From contig JAQGDQ010000096.1 in NCBI GenBank assembly GCA_030141605.1, forward strand, positions 1 to 64,000: 64,000 bases of DNA, read 5' to 3'. The stretch is from Tubiluchus corallicola. Its lineage: Eukaryota > Animalia > Priapulida. The position numbers were made by a program, and so were the translations under genes. The stretch's first letter is position 1, and every line of letters starts with the position of its first letter. This document shows positions 12,801 to 27,800 of the stretch, in pieces. A model generated the notes under the pieces. It saw nothing but the letters and a program-made list of their open reading frames with translations. It did not search any database and was not told the DNA's origin.

Positions 12801-15800
12801 TAGTTTTATATTAATTGCGCTGAGATTCTGACGACTCGTTTAATGATATAACTTAAAATAAACTTCTGAATAATTTAGTGTGTCAATTCTTTCATACGAA
12901 CCATAAATAGTTCCTTGTGTGTTCATAGCTAGTTTAATTGAATATTCTTATTTTCGTTTTTAATTTACAAAGTTAGTTCAGATCAGTTTGGACAAAACTG
13001 CAAACTAAAAACAGATATCGACTACTATTTATAACAATTTTCTTACATCTCTTGGGATTATGGTATTAAAAAGTCATCAAGACAAGGTATTGCCCTGTCT
13101 CCACTTTTATTCAGCATTTATCTTGATGTTTTTTAAAATCTTTGCTAGGATCGGTTTAAAGCTGGTTTTGAATGCACCTCCACAGAGTTGCTGTAAGAAA
13201 GTCATTACAGTCTGTTTACTATATTGTAGGTGTGCAAGGTGTGCAAGTAGAAGAATTATGGAGTCTAGATCCTGACAGACTTAAACAGCTAAAGTAAAAA
13301 ATTTAGTATTGTCTTTTATTATTGTGCAAAGCTTAAAAAGATTGGACAAGACAGTAACCTTATTATCACTCCAAATAAGGCTAGTGCCCACTCAAAGTAG
13401 TGAAGACTATATGAACATGTATAATCTTATAACCTGTCTTTTGATGTTTTTTTCGAATCGAGTGAGGCTCCAAAATAGTTTTTTGTCAAGAACTCCAGAG
13501 ATAAGATATCGAAGAGAAAAATGTTTTGGATTTATAAGCAGGCTTTTCTGTTTCTAGGAACTCCTGTCCAGGTACAATAACAAATACAGTAGTAAAAATT
13601 AGCATATTGGGCAAGCTGTCAGTGTTTAGGAACCAGTGGAGGGCAGTCGTGAGACTATCTTCCGGAGAAATGGCAACTAAATGGCAAAATGTATTAAAAA
13701 GCCTGCAACGAGCAACCGATTGCAGTATCGACCCTGTACCAGATTCAATCTAATTAACAGTATATCTATATCATTGCCTTTGTGGTGCATTGCAAAATAA
13801 ATCTATTGAATTGAAAAAAAATTGAAAGTGGATTGCAAATTTCATATCCAAAAACAAATTCATAGATAGCCTTGGACATCTTGGATATTCGTACGGTATC
13901 TGAGCAATATACATGAAGGGAAAAAAGCAAATGGTGCAGCATTTTTTGTTGATATTATAAAATTTGGATATAACAAAGCATAGTCAAAAGGTGCCAGTGG
14001 ATGTTAGTAATGGCAGAGTATAGCTTGAGCAATTACATAATTTCGAGCATAGCCTACTCACTTTCCTGCTATATCCTTCGCCACCTTTCTGTAAGATATC
14101 GCCCGTATCTAAGATCAGAACAAGTCAATGTCACGTAAACGAGCGTAAGACTGAACAGCGAGAAATAAAATAAGCTTGTGTAGTGAACAGTATAATATTG
14201 CAATGCAAGAAAGGGATTCTTCTATTATTGGCAAATTCTTTATAGGAATTCTAATCCCTTAAGTGGCCAATGCATTTGGGGCAATTTGTAATGAAAGTGT
14301 ATTATCAGGAAAGAACTAGGAAGCTTAGAGAATAGTGAGTCTTGAAGATGATTAACTGTCGTTCAGAAAAATTCAATAGGGATGAAGGGAGACTGCGCTT
14401 CGAAAACAATTTGCCTTTGTAATTTCGTTGCGAGGCGATTAACAAAGCGCTTGTGCCTATCAAAAAGTTAGTTATTAGTAAACATATTATTTTTTGAAAT
14501 TTTAATATTTTTTGCACTCTCCAGATAATATTGTATATTATATTACCAATATAATATTGCAGCGATTTGTATCATTGTTTTATTAAATAATATATCATCT
14601 ATTTCATTTTCAACTTTATTTTTCTTTTTGCATTTCAATCTCTCTGAATAAAAGCTTAAATTAACTTACTTGCAGACCTGTTCATGGTCTTATTTTCCTG
14701 TTCAAATGGAAAGCCAACGATGAGCCATCTGGGTCTGTGGTACAAGACAGCAGATTAGACAAAATTTTTTTTGCAAAACAGGTAACAATTACCCTTCATA
14801 TTTTACTTTTTCAGGTCTGTTGAATTCCAATTTGTTTAATTTGTAGAATCGAACAATTTTAGAATTTAACAGATAATATGATTTTTTAAGAGATGCAATA
14901 AATTGATTTTGCCTTTTTGCTAGTACACTCATTCAACATTTTAAGGTCAGGTAAAATCTCTAAAATGATACAATTGTAGTTTTCCATGATGAAGTTCTGT
15001 GATAATGAATGTGCTTACAACTACAGTGAAACCTTAAGCGGATCCCTAGTGGAAAAAATTTAAGAGGCTAGATGTCTGTCAAAGCTTTGAATAAAATTAT
15101 TTCTGAGAGTGGCCATATGATAGTTATTTTGTAGATTTAGCTTAAAAAGACACAGTTTCTTCTGGAATCAGCATCCTTCAAACATATTCTCTTAATTGCT
15201 ATTAACGTCACTTTCAATGTGAATGTTGAATTCTTTGGTTGACACAAAGAGAAATATTTTCATTTTAATAGGTAATAAACAATGCATGTGCAACGCAAGC
15301 AATTCTCAGCATCTTACTCAATTGTAACCATAATGATCTGCAACTAGGCCAGTCTCTTTTACAATTCAAGGAATTTTCCCAAGGCCTGGATCCCCCTGTA
15401 AGTTATTTGAGGTTTCTTTAATTTCATTTTGTGTAGTGAATTTCATTTATTTCTATGAAACATGTTTCTGTACTTAATTCACAGTGTTTTGCTACGACAC
15501 TCATGTAATCACCAATATTTAAAACTAATTGTCATTTTCTTTCACAATTTTCTTAATTATGTAGTAGCTCTTATGCTAATGTTTACCTTTTTGGTTCCAA
15601 GTCTGAAGTCCTATACCTACACTGTGAAAGCAATAATTATGTACCAAGAATGCTTTACCTTATTGAGAACATCATTGTGCTACAGTCTTGAGAAATAAAA
15701 GGCCGAAATAACATTAGTGCTGTTGTTCTTGTTATTGTTTGGTACTTTTTATGCAAACACACTTTTAATGCAAACTCACAAAAAAGAATGAACTTTCATC

Positions 15801-18800
15801 ATTGATTTAACTAATGTAGTCTTGAACACAGCGTACTTATTTATTGCATTTTGTGGACTTTATGTAATGCCAATTGCCTGTATGACTACGTATTTATAAA
15901 ATACATACTTTTCAGTGAGTTTGAATGTACTGCAAAGTGGCTGATAGTCTGACACATGACAGCGTCTTCTAAAAGTACTTTACATTCTCTCTGAAGCCAC
16001 ATAGTGTACATTATTTATACACTTTTATGGTTAATATGTGCTTGTCCATCTGTCTACTAGTCATATCCATATTATTAGCCGTGTGTGCTTATAGAGTTAC
16101 CTCAATTACAGAGTACTTTTTTCTGGATCCCTATAAGCTTCACTATAATGATGTTGTACTGTATGTATAATGTATTACACGTAACTATGCTATCTAGCCA
16201 TATAATTTCAGATGAAAGGACTATGTCTAAGCAACATGGAAGATATCCGGTTAGTGCATAACAGTTTTGCCAGGCAAAATATGTTTGAATTTGATAATAA
16301 TGCAGTAAAGAAAGATGAAGATGCATTCCACTTTGTGGCTTACATGCCAATAGAAGGACGGCTTTATGAATTAGATGGATTAAAAGATGGACCTGTTGAT
16401 TTAGGTAAGTGTGTCATGTAAATGTTCTAAACTTTTTCTAGGTAAATTTTTTTGTGTATAACTGTGTAAATGTATGCATTTATTACATGTTCTGGAAACC
16501 TTGTCAGTTTGCAAAAAAGTTGCATAAATCTGTAAGGTGTACAGTTTTGTATTAATTTCGTTTACTGCACCCTCAGCATTACAGTGAGTAATTGTTTTTT
16601 ATTGTAAAATTTTAGACAACAGACATTAGACAATAAGCCTTTTTGAAGAGATAATTTTGAACCTGTAGCCTGAAATGAACAATTTATAGCTTATGTTGCT
16701 TACAAAAACATTTCTTACATTTCTTCACAGTTTAAAAACCCATTGGCCCACATGGCAGATAATTACTGTTGGAAATAGTTTTCAATGTGCATCATGTGTG
16801 AAGGGCTGTGTTTTATTGAAGTGAAATAAAAAAATTGATACAAATTTTAAGTTCACAATTGAAAATTTCAAGTTTATCGCTTTGCTAGCATATCATTTTT
16901 CGAGACTATGTTGCCCTCTCGACTAGTTTGTGTAAGTTTACCGACAGATTTAGCCTAGCACCATGCCTTTTTTGTGCAGCTGTTTCTGAAAAACAGGTAT
17001 TGTCTGAGTAGTTGTGGCTATGAGCTTGTAATATTGAAAAACTTGCAAATCTCAATTTTATAGTAATTAAACAATATGGTAACTGAAAGATTAAGCATAT
17101 TGAATGTGTTTTTTAAGTTTTGTAAAGGCATGGCCACAGATGGTGTGGCTGTGGTGCAAATCAGTACAAAACCCTTGAAAAATTGATGACTTATTAATGC
17201 CTTATATATTCATCAGGTGAATGAGATAAAGCTCAGTCGATGCGAAAACAAGGTATATCTACATGGCATAAATAAAATTATTTATTATTATTATTATTAT
17301 TGATTTTTTTCTTTTTCTGACATTGTTTCTAGGGTTAATTCCAAAGGATACAGATTGGCTAGACTTGGTGCGTCCGGTTTTGGAACGACGAATTAATAAG
17401 TACAGTGATGATGAAATTCATTTTAATCTCATGACCATTGTATCAGATAGAAAACAGGTTTATGAGAAACGACTGAAAGAACTGAACTGTCAGTTGGAGG
17501 TAAGCTGCTTTTTAGAGCTGAAAATAACGACTGAGATTCTATCATGCGCTCACACTGAATAAAAATTTTGCTATAAAAGTTAATTTATTTACAAGGGAAA
17601 ATAAAGAAACTGGGTCACATTAGTAAATTTGAAACACAGAGTAGGAAATAATTTAATTCAACATGGTTGTTTCTCGTAAATTTTTGCTGCGCTGTTATGA
17701 TGTGTTATGAATGCTCGCATTTATGATTTTTCTGCTTTGAAATAGTAAAGTGCGATGGAAAACAGATGGGTCTGAGACGCTGAGAAGGAATCATGGATGC
17801 TGTTTCTGCAAAATTTTGCATTCATTATATGGGTATACATAATACATGGAATTTCCACCCAGAAATACACTTCAAGCAACTTTGAATGGATTCAGAGTTT
17901 CAAATAAAAAGCTATTAGAAGCCGCTCATTATTTTTGGAAACTACTATTAAAACACTTGGATTTTGCTGTAAGCCACAAAGTCTGATACTACCCACAACG
18001 GGTCCCACATGTGCACATGTGTCTGATATAATCAGTTAATATCCCATTATTGATTTCTAATGGTGACAAATAACTAGCTTTGTATCATGAGAACTAAGGT
18101 ACAGATTTAGCTGAGATCAATAATCTAAGATTTGGAGAAAACCTAAAGTTAAATGAGTGCAAAGCGATAAAATGTAGATCATGCAGTTTAATTGTATATC
18201 TGGATGTACAGGGCTTATGGTCCATTTATGTTCTAGCCGTTTTTTTCATTATAATTTTCTGCTATATCACTGAGTTTGAATAAATCTGTTCAGAGTTAAG
18301 CTTTATACAACTCTGTCATATTATATGACTACTTGTATTGGGGTTTGGTCACACTTGCTGGTGTCATAATGGTACTACCAGAGCCACTAGTGTGGCTGTA
18401 CAAGATACATCAAGTACAAAAACAAATTCACATAAGATTTTATGTATCAACTATCCTTACAAGTACCAGCTTTAAAATCTAAGGGAAAATTTTTGTCTTG
18501 GTGGGTAGGCATTGTGGAAATCAAAATTTTGACTGCAGGTAGTTGTTTGTACACTCGTTTCAATGATCAATTTTTAAACTGTGAAAATTTTTAAGTTAAA
18601 AAAATCCATCAACATAAAAATGTGCTGTAATTAACTTACTCACATTTTATTACTAAGTCCTGAAGACATCAGTAATTTTACTTCTTTGCATTTTACAAGC
18701 AAAATTTGTAATGAAGTCATTTAAACTTTGCACTGTACATGGAATATCTGGCTGAATGTATTGACTAACTTACACCACTTTTAAAGTTTAAACTAAGCTA

Positions 18801-21800
18801 TGACAAATGTTGCTACTCCATGATAACATACATGCAAACGTTATGATGCATATTGGTTGTAAAAAAAGGGGCTATGGTTACCTTGGTAACAGGCAAAGAG
18901 GGTCTAGAGTCTGGACGGGGCGAGTCACATCAGAAATCGTATTAAAAGTGTTTATTTGTACTAAAATTATGTTAGGCTTTGGGCAATGTCATATAAACAG
19001 GGTTTTTGTAATAAGGAGTTTGTAGTATACGTAATTATATGGATTCTATTAGGTCCCCTGACTTTAGTCAGTTGGGCCTATTGCCGTCATGCGGCATCAG
19101 TCAAGCGTCGTTCACAATTGACTTAATTTTCCTTAATTGGCCAAAACCTTCTGTCTCAAGTTGTTGACTTTTTGTGTACAGCAACCTTGGCATGAGATGC
19201 ATGTCGTGTGTCAAAATGAAAAACCTGGGCTTGAAAGGTCGCGACCCAGTGGATCATGAATGTTACGTGGGGTTTTTTCATATTTTGCTAAAAATCTAAG
19301 TGATGTATGCAGTAAACAAAATGGTTTTATGGCAATTTTGAACAGTATATTATAAGACCTTTCAAAGTCCAGCGGTTGCTATGGTGTACTAAGTCTTAAT
19401 TTGGTAGTTGCTAGGGGGTAAAAATGACCATTTCTTCCAAAATAGATAATGTACATATTCTTTGACAGTTTTGACGCTAAACGGATACAACATACAGAAA
19501 ACATTGTAATGCTAGAGTTTTTGACTGCCAAAATTTTGGTCCACCTGAGGTCACTCAAAGGACTTCAACAGGGAATGTCTCTATCATGTCGAGTAATATA
19601 TCAAATTAAAGCTTGGGTTGGGCGGGTTTGACACTAAAAAATGTTAGCCCATCTGAGGTCACCTAAAAAGGTCATGTACAGGGAATCTCTCAAACATATT
19701 GTGTAATATATTCAAATAAAGCTTATGCTGAGGTGGTTTGACATGGTTCATTAAAACATTGAGCGTCGCTGATGAATGACTTCATTTTCTTTATTTTGCC
19801 AAAGCTTTTTGTCCTTCATCTTAGATTTTTGGTGTGTAGTAACCTTTGCATAAAATGCATGTCAAACTGAATGACCAAGCTGAAAAATTTTGGGCAGTCT
19901 AGGGTCACCCTTAGGGCATGTAGAGAATGTAGCAAACAATTGTGTAATAATTGTAGCAAACTGAAGCTTACGATGAAGTGGGTTTACAAGGTTCATGAAA
20001 TGGTCAGAAGTCAGTTGAAGAGCATCTCAACAAAATCACTAGGGTCACAGGAATGAAGGCTCCCTTTTCATAAATAACTAATTAGGCTTTTGAAACGTCT
20101 TACTTACTCACTTACATAATTGTTTACCAATTCACTCATGCACTTACTTAGTCCGATAGTTACTTTTGGTCTCACAGCATAACAATAATAATAACTTCAA
20201 ATGAGTGTACATTTCACTGTTATTTGCTGAAATGTGTGTATTTCTGTAACGCTGTTTTACGACTTCTTGTATTATTAGAGTATGTAAAATAGAATAATTT
20301 CACTCATTATATCAATTTTGAAACAAATACAACTTACAGAATCCATTATAAAGTAACAGTTCTTGACACTATAAAATTTTGCCCTATGCAAGATCCCCAC
20401 CATTTTCCATAATATTATACAATTCTTCTTCAGGGGACCTACACCATCATTGACGGTCTGGTTGTGAGCTTGGCAGGGACATGATAAAATTGTCGTGCTA
20501 CTGAGAGTTTCGTTGTAAGCCGAATCGTATTAACGGGATTCGTCTGTACTATTTCTTTTTTAGATGAGCAGTTCCATGATCACCAATCAATAAACAATTA
20601 ATAACTAATTTATTTTTGTATCTCCGGTTTAAAAGTCAATTTTAGTTGAGGCCTGCACCGTTCGATAAAGGAGGAATTAATAGATTGACGTTGCTTATTT
20701 CGCGATCAGTAATTGGTAATCAATAAAAACTTCTAAAGTCCCTAATTGTTTGTCCAAAATGTGCCAAGATGCCCTAAATTTCAATCTGCTGCTCCAAAAG
20801 AAGGTTCCTTGCGGCAGCAGATCTAATAATTGGCTTCTTGAAGTTTTTTATTATTTGTTTTATAATTACATTTGAGTTTATGGTTGTCTACATAGGATGC
20901 TGGGATGGAAACAGAAGATATTGCTAGGGAAGTTTCTGAATTAAACTCATTAATCAAACAGGAAGAGGAAAAGATACGAAAATACAAGGTATTTGCGCTG
21001 GTAATTATTTGAAGGTTATAATTTGTACATCGCTTTTTCACATTTCCTCTTTTTGGCCAAGTCTGTTTTCAAAAATTTATTAAGTAAGGGCCTGTCCACC
21101 AAAAACAATAATATTGAAGTTTGCAATTGAAATTGTAGATAAATAATTAGTTTACACATGAATTAAGCTTACCTCTAAATTGATTTTAGAAAATTACTCT
21201 TAAGTGAACTAACACCTGAAAATTCATATTGGTTGATGAGCTGTTAGGATTGAATTGAAACCTACCTTGATTACAAAGGACTGTCTCGCAGTCTGTTGTG
21301 GAGATCACTGGCATCAATTAGAATTGCATAGAACATCGTAGAATGTTCCGTCGGAATGACCGTCTTACCGTCTGTTTCTACAGCGAGCTATATAAGGCGA
21401 AGCAGGCTGCCGGCAAGCGGATATCGCACACAGAGCACGCAGACCTCACGGACGTAATACTTACATTTTTAGATGTACTTAAACGTTTTCCAGATTTTCA
21501 CATTTATTGTAATCATTTCAACGTTCCTTCATCTTTGTGTTATAGAATTCTCTCTAAATAAAGTAATATTTAATGGCGTGTTTTCTGGTTTTCTCTACGA
21601 GCCTTCCGAGAGAAACAAAACACAACAAATATTGGCGCAGTCGACAGGATCCTTGGTAACTCAGTGGACAGTTGTTTATTCAAGCAATAATGGCAGAGCA
21701 GATGGGCGCACTTATCAAGCTCCTCCGCCAACAGATGGATCAGCAGGCGCAGCAGATTCAAATCCAGAGGGAACAGATAGATTGGCAAGAGCAGCATCAC

Positions 21801-24800
21801 AAACTAGAGATGGATCGGCAAGTAGAACAAATGGATCAGCAGGCACAGCAACACAGAGAGGATATGGGCGCTATGAGGAAGCTGCTTCAGACTAGAACTC
21901 CACCTCAAGCACCCACCTTCCACCTGCATCAACACTTACAGCTGCCATTCCACCATTTGCTGCTTTTGATTCACTTTCTGAACTGTGGCCTAACTACTGG
22001 TCAAGATTTCGTACCTTCGTGGTAGCCAATGCAGTGCCTGACCAACGCCAGGCTCAAGTTTTCTTAACAAATCAGACTGCATGTGTTTACAAACAACTGG
22101 CAAATCTAGCGACACAACAGTCTCCATCCAAGGATATTGTGAAAGTTATAACTGTATATTTAGGTGCTGCCATCTATTGATTCGTTACTTTAAACATTTA
22201 CTAGTTGAATTCACCCCTTAATGCAATTGTATGTTCCAATGAATATTCAAACTCACTGTATCTCCCCTATTTTTTTGTAAATGGGATATGTGAAGCCATG
22301 TTTTTGCATAGTTCTTTACATATATAAACTGGCTAGATTCCACTTCTAGCCACTGTCTACTCATTCGTGATCACTGCAGGACATGCTGGTCCTCAGTGTA
22401 GCAGTCATGCAACACTATAACTATATAACTATGTAGTGCAATAAAAGTATTTTAGTTTGTGCAAATATTTAATCTTGTGTTTAGTTGTTTATACCAGTGT
22501 TCAATTTCGTCTTCACAAATATCTTTCACATATGGTCCTTCGAGCCGGATGCGAGCCCAGACAGCGCACAGGGATAACCACACAGGACTTCTACTTCTTT
22601 TGTCAACATGACGGAGCAAGTGGAGAAAACTAAACGAGTTCGTCGAGCTCTGAGATCTTCACTCACTATGGCTACCAACTTATTATCTGACGAGCTAAAT
22701 CAAGAGATTCCGAGGAAAGAAGAGGTAAGCCTTCTCTTATCAATTGTTACTGAAAGGGCAGAACGCCTGTTTGAAGCAGACAACAACATCTTGTCACAGT
22801 TGTTAGACGCTGACTCTGAACAGGTATCACTCGACGAGGAAGTCGAATCTGCTGATGAGTACAAATGGCGAATTACACGTGAAGTACATCGTGCCAATCA
22901 ATTTCTTGGCCCTGCTTCCGCAGCTGACCATCCTACCACTGGTCCTGCCGCAGGTGTCAGCCGAGCTGACACTCTCTCTGACAATTCACTTGCTCGTTCA
23001 ACAGCTTTACTCGCTTACCTAAGCTAATACTGCCGAAATTTGATGGCCAGATTCTGGAATGGCTGGCGTTCTGGGAGCAGTTCGATGCTGCTGTTCATTC
23101 TCATGAGCATTTAGCACCTGTGCAGAAGTTCACTTATTTGAAAGGTCAACTATGCGGTGAGGCTGCCACAGCCATTGCCGGGTTGCCTCTTTCTTCAGCT
23201 AATTATGCAACCGCCATTCATCTACTTGAGCGTCGGTTCGGGCGCAAAGAAGTACTAATAAGTGCGCATATGTCAGCACTTCTTCGATTGCAACCATGCA
23301 CTTCTCTCGATGCGAAGCCACTTCATAAAGTGCTCGATCAACTTGAGACAAACGTACGGGGTCTCGAAGCCCTACATGTCACTTCGGATTCTTATGGTCG
23401 GTTACTAATACCGGTCCTGTTGTCTCGTATTCCTTCACATCTTCGTCTCCAATGGGCAAAGAAGGATGCGGACGAAGAAGGTACAGTCACGGAACTTATG
23501 GAGTTTCTCAGAGATGACATCCAAGCTCGTGAGCGTGTCAGAGAAGTCAACTACTTCGTCGAGAAGCCTCCTCAACCAACTGTGAAACAGTGTTCTAGTA
23601 AACGTTCTACATTTCTGACAAGGGGCACCAATAACAGTCAGTCATGTTTATTGTGTGGCGATTCGTGCAGAACCCCTTTCCATTGTCAGAAGTTCTTAAG
23701 CTTGTCCGTTGATGCTCGACAGCAGCTCATCAGGGACAGACACTTGTGTTTCAATTGTTTACGGTCACATCGACTACAACAGTGCACATCCAAGAATGTG
23801 TGTCAAGAATGTGGTTCCTTGCATCATACACTGCTGCATCGTGTTTCTTCAAACAGTGCATTCAGCGGAAGTTCTCCTAGTGTTGTTTGTGATCCGCCTT
23901 CTTCTAAACTCAACTGCATGGTGAAAACTACCAGCAATGGTCACCGCACCGTTCTACAGACAGTTCTTGTCCACATGGATGGAATTGATCGTCCGGTTCG
24001 TCTACTCCTGGATAGTGGATCGGAAGAGACTTACATCAGCGAAGCTCTCAGTCAACAAATTCAACGCAAACGGGCTACTCAATGTAAGTTATTTCAAGTT
24101 CAAACTTTTGGTGGGAAGAATACTTCCTCAATTAACAGACAGAAATATGAGTTCAAACTGCGTAGTATGTATAATGATCAATGGTATTTTATGAATTGTT
24201 GGGTTGTTCCCTTCATATGTTCACCCCTTCAGGGTGTTGAATTGTCGTGCTTAACTACGTTACCACAAGGTTTAGATTATGCTGACGATTACAGTCAATT
24301 GCAATTGCCTATTGATGTATTGGTTGGTAATGATGCCCTTCCTCACATCTTTACCCCTAATGCTCCCATCTTCCACTCCAATCTTATGCTGATTCCTACC
24401 ATCTTCGGTTGGACATTGAGTGGTTGCGTTCCTAACTCCCTGTCACAACATTCCTCCTTGGTTCCTCTTGTACGCACTCTGTACTCTAGGAATGCAGATG
24501 CCAATATCTGTGAATCTTGGTGGCAGTTGGAGTCCATGAACATTCATCCTGACACGGAAAAGGACGAGTTTCCCTTATCCATCAAACACATTGATGGTCG
24601 ATGCGAGACTACTTTGCCATGGGCTGGGTTCGAACGTCCACAGTTCACTAAGCAACAAGCCTTGGCACATAGTCGATCTTTCTACAGGTTGCCTCCAGAA
24701 CGGCAACAGCGATACAGAGACTCTTTAAAAGAGTGGCAAACCCTTGGAATCATTGAAGACGCACCTAACACAGATGGTGGCAATTTCCTACCCCATCATA

Positions 24801-27800
24801 GTCTCATCCAAGGATCAAAGTTGCGAGTTGTTTTCAACGGCTCAGCAAAGCCTACCATTGGCCTCAGCATCAACGATTGTCTGGTAACAGGTCCCAACAT
24901 GCTCAGCGACCTTTTAGCCATTCTGGTACGTTTCCGCAGTCACCAAATTGGTCTAATTGCTGATATCGAGAAAGCCTTCCTGATGATTGGAATCTCGTCT
25001 ACAGATCGAGAGTTTCTCAAATTCATTTGGGACTTGGACGGCAAACAGCACGTCAGCAGATTTGCCAGACTTCCCTTTGGGCTTTCTGCAAGCCCCGCCA
25101 TTCTTCATGCCATCATTGCGATGCATCTAGACAGCCTACCGGCGACTTCAACAGTCACCTCTCTTAGGCACAACATGTATGTCGACAATCTCGTATCCGG
25201 TTGCGACTACGAAACCGACATCGATTCATTCAAATCTGAAGCTATTCAAGCCTTCGCCAGTGCCGGCATGAACCTTCGTGCTTGGCAGACTTCTTCCTCT
25301 TCTACAAGAGAACGGTGGGAGTGCAACTCTGATGACTTTACCAAAGTTCTTGGCCTCAGCTGGTGCCATCAATCTGATACCATAGCCGCCAGCCTGAAGC
25401 TTTCATCTGAACCTCCCATCACTAAGCGTCAATTGCTAGCCGAAATCTCCAAGATTTTCGAATCTCTGGGATTTATTTCCCCCTTCACCATACGTCTCAG
25501 GATTCTCTTTCAGTCACTCTGGAGAAGGTCACTCAACTGGGAAGATGAACTACCTTCCAGTACTGCAGTACAATGGGGTCGTTTCATTGAGGAAACACAG
25601 CAACACGAATCCAGGATACACTTTCCTCGATACGTACCAATGACTTCACACTCTGAACTTCACATCTTTTGTGATTCTAGTGAGGCAGCTTATGCAGCTG
25701 TTGCGTACATCAAGACAGACACCAATGTCGACTTACTCATTTCGAAGAGCAAACTAGCCCCACTTAAACCACAGACTCTGACTCTTCCACGTTTAGAGCC
25801 GATGGCTGCTCTTCTTGGGGCTCGTCTAGGGACTTACATCCAGCAGCATGTACCAGTCCTATCATCATGTCTCAGACATTTCTACTCGGACTCAATGGTA
25901 ACACTCGGATGGATACGCAGTATGCCAAAAGACGTGTTCGTGAGGAATCGAGTTCGTGAGATCCACACACTCTCGCAAGCATGCGAGTGGTCTCACGTAC
26001 CTAGTTCGCAGAATCCCGCAGATCTGCCAACTCGAGGTTGCAAGCTACTCTACTTGCAACACCTGGACCTTTGGAGACATGGTCCACCTTTTCTCACACT
26101 CAGGGAGGAGTCGGACTACTCTGTCTGCGAACAGAAGTCCTCCACTTTGTTCACTGCAACAACTCCTCTTACAGATTCAGAGAAGACACCACTTTTTCCT
26201 GTGGACCGATGGTCTTCCTTACACCGAGCTATAAACATAACCTCTTATGTGCTCAGATTCGTTCATAATTCACGACTCATCAAGTCAACTCGCGTCGGCG
26301 GACCACTTACGCCACACGAGTTAGCAAATGCTACTGGCTCCCAAAGCCTCACAGGACTGTCAAGAAGATTCTTCAGAAGTGCGTTTCCTGCAAGAAGCTT
26401 CAAGGACGACCATACACTTCTACTGAAGGCAGTCTTCCACCATTCAGAGTCACAGAAGTGCGACCATTTGCGCATACTGGACTTGATCACTTCGGCCCAT
26501 TGTATCTTGGCGACCAGACCAAATCATGGGTTCTTCTGTTCACATGTGCCGTCACTAGAGCCGTACACATGGAAGTTGTCACCTCACTCAATGAGAAGGA
26601 CCCGGGACTAGCTATTCGTCGGTTCTTAGCACGCCGTGGACCCGCACAATTCTACAGCGACAACGCTCGATCATTCGTCAGCTTGGCGAAACACATGCAG
26701 AGGAGTCTAACCTGGACCTTCATCCCTGAAGCTGCACCCTGGTGGGGAGGTTACTGGGAAAGACTCATCGGAACTATCAAACGTTCTTGTCGCAAGACAC
26801 TTGGCAGCACATCTTTATCTCTGACTGAACTCACCACAGTGGTCACAGAGTTAGAGGAACGCATCAATCGGCGCCCTCTCGTTTTGTCCGGAGATGAACC
26901 TTTGACTCCAGGACACTTCATCTTTGGAGCTACTCCACCAGCACTTTTGGACATAGGCATCCACGATTCACCACCTCCTGAAGATCTACAGAGGAGATGG
27001 AAACATCGTCTCACCATTAGCACACATCTTTGGTCCAGATGGAGGAACGAGTACCTTCTATCCTTACGACAATGGAGAACCAAGACAAGATCTCCAGCTA
27101 CTCCGAAGGAAGGAGACATCGTTCTCGTCCATTCCAAGCCTCTACCTCGATGGCGTTGGCCACTAGGGAGGATCGAATCACTGATTCCCGGTCGAGACGG
27201 AAATCCACGAGCCGCCTACATCAGGAGTCACGGACGCCTTACTCGCCGTCCCCTTTGTCTCCTCTACCCCTTAGAATGCACCTGATCTTTAATGACATAC
27301 CTCCTAATTTGCATTGTTTCATTTATTTGACATTTTGTATTGTATTGACATGTATTGAAACTCTAATTATTTTCGTTTCAAGGTGGGAGGATGTGAAAGT
27401 TATAACTGTATATTTAGGTGCTGCCATCTATTGATTCGTTACTTTAAACATTTACTAGTTGAATTCACCCCTTAATGCAATTGTATGTTCCAATGAATAT
27501 TCAAACTCACTGTATCTCCCCTATTTTTTTGTAAATGGGATATGTGAAGCCATGTTTTTGCATAGTTCTTTACATATATAAACTGGCTAGATTCCACTTC
27601 TAGCCACTGTCTACTCATTCGTGATCACTGCAGGACACGCTGGTCCTCAGTGTAGCAGTCATGCAACACTATAACTATATAACTATGTAGTGCAATAAAA
27701 GTATTTTAGTTTGTGCAAATATTTAATCTTGTGTTTAGTTGTTTATACCAGTGTTCAATTTCGTCTTCGCAAATATATTTCACAGATATCAAAGAACTGA

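Larger units (their letters stand above)
22138..27784 (+). mobile_element. BEL/Pao LTR retrotransposon, recent, nested in Gypsy gag
   Basis: 393-bp LTRs TGTGAAAG...TTTCACA with 3 differences seen; TSD GATAT (22133-22137, 27785-27789); tRNA-Tyr PBS; PPT AAGGTGGGAGGA; Gag-PR-RT-RH-IN. Confidence 0.95.
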
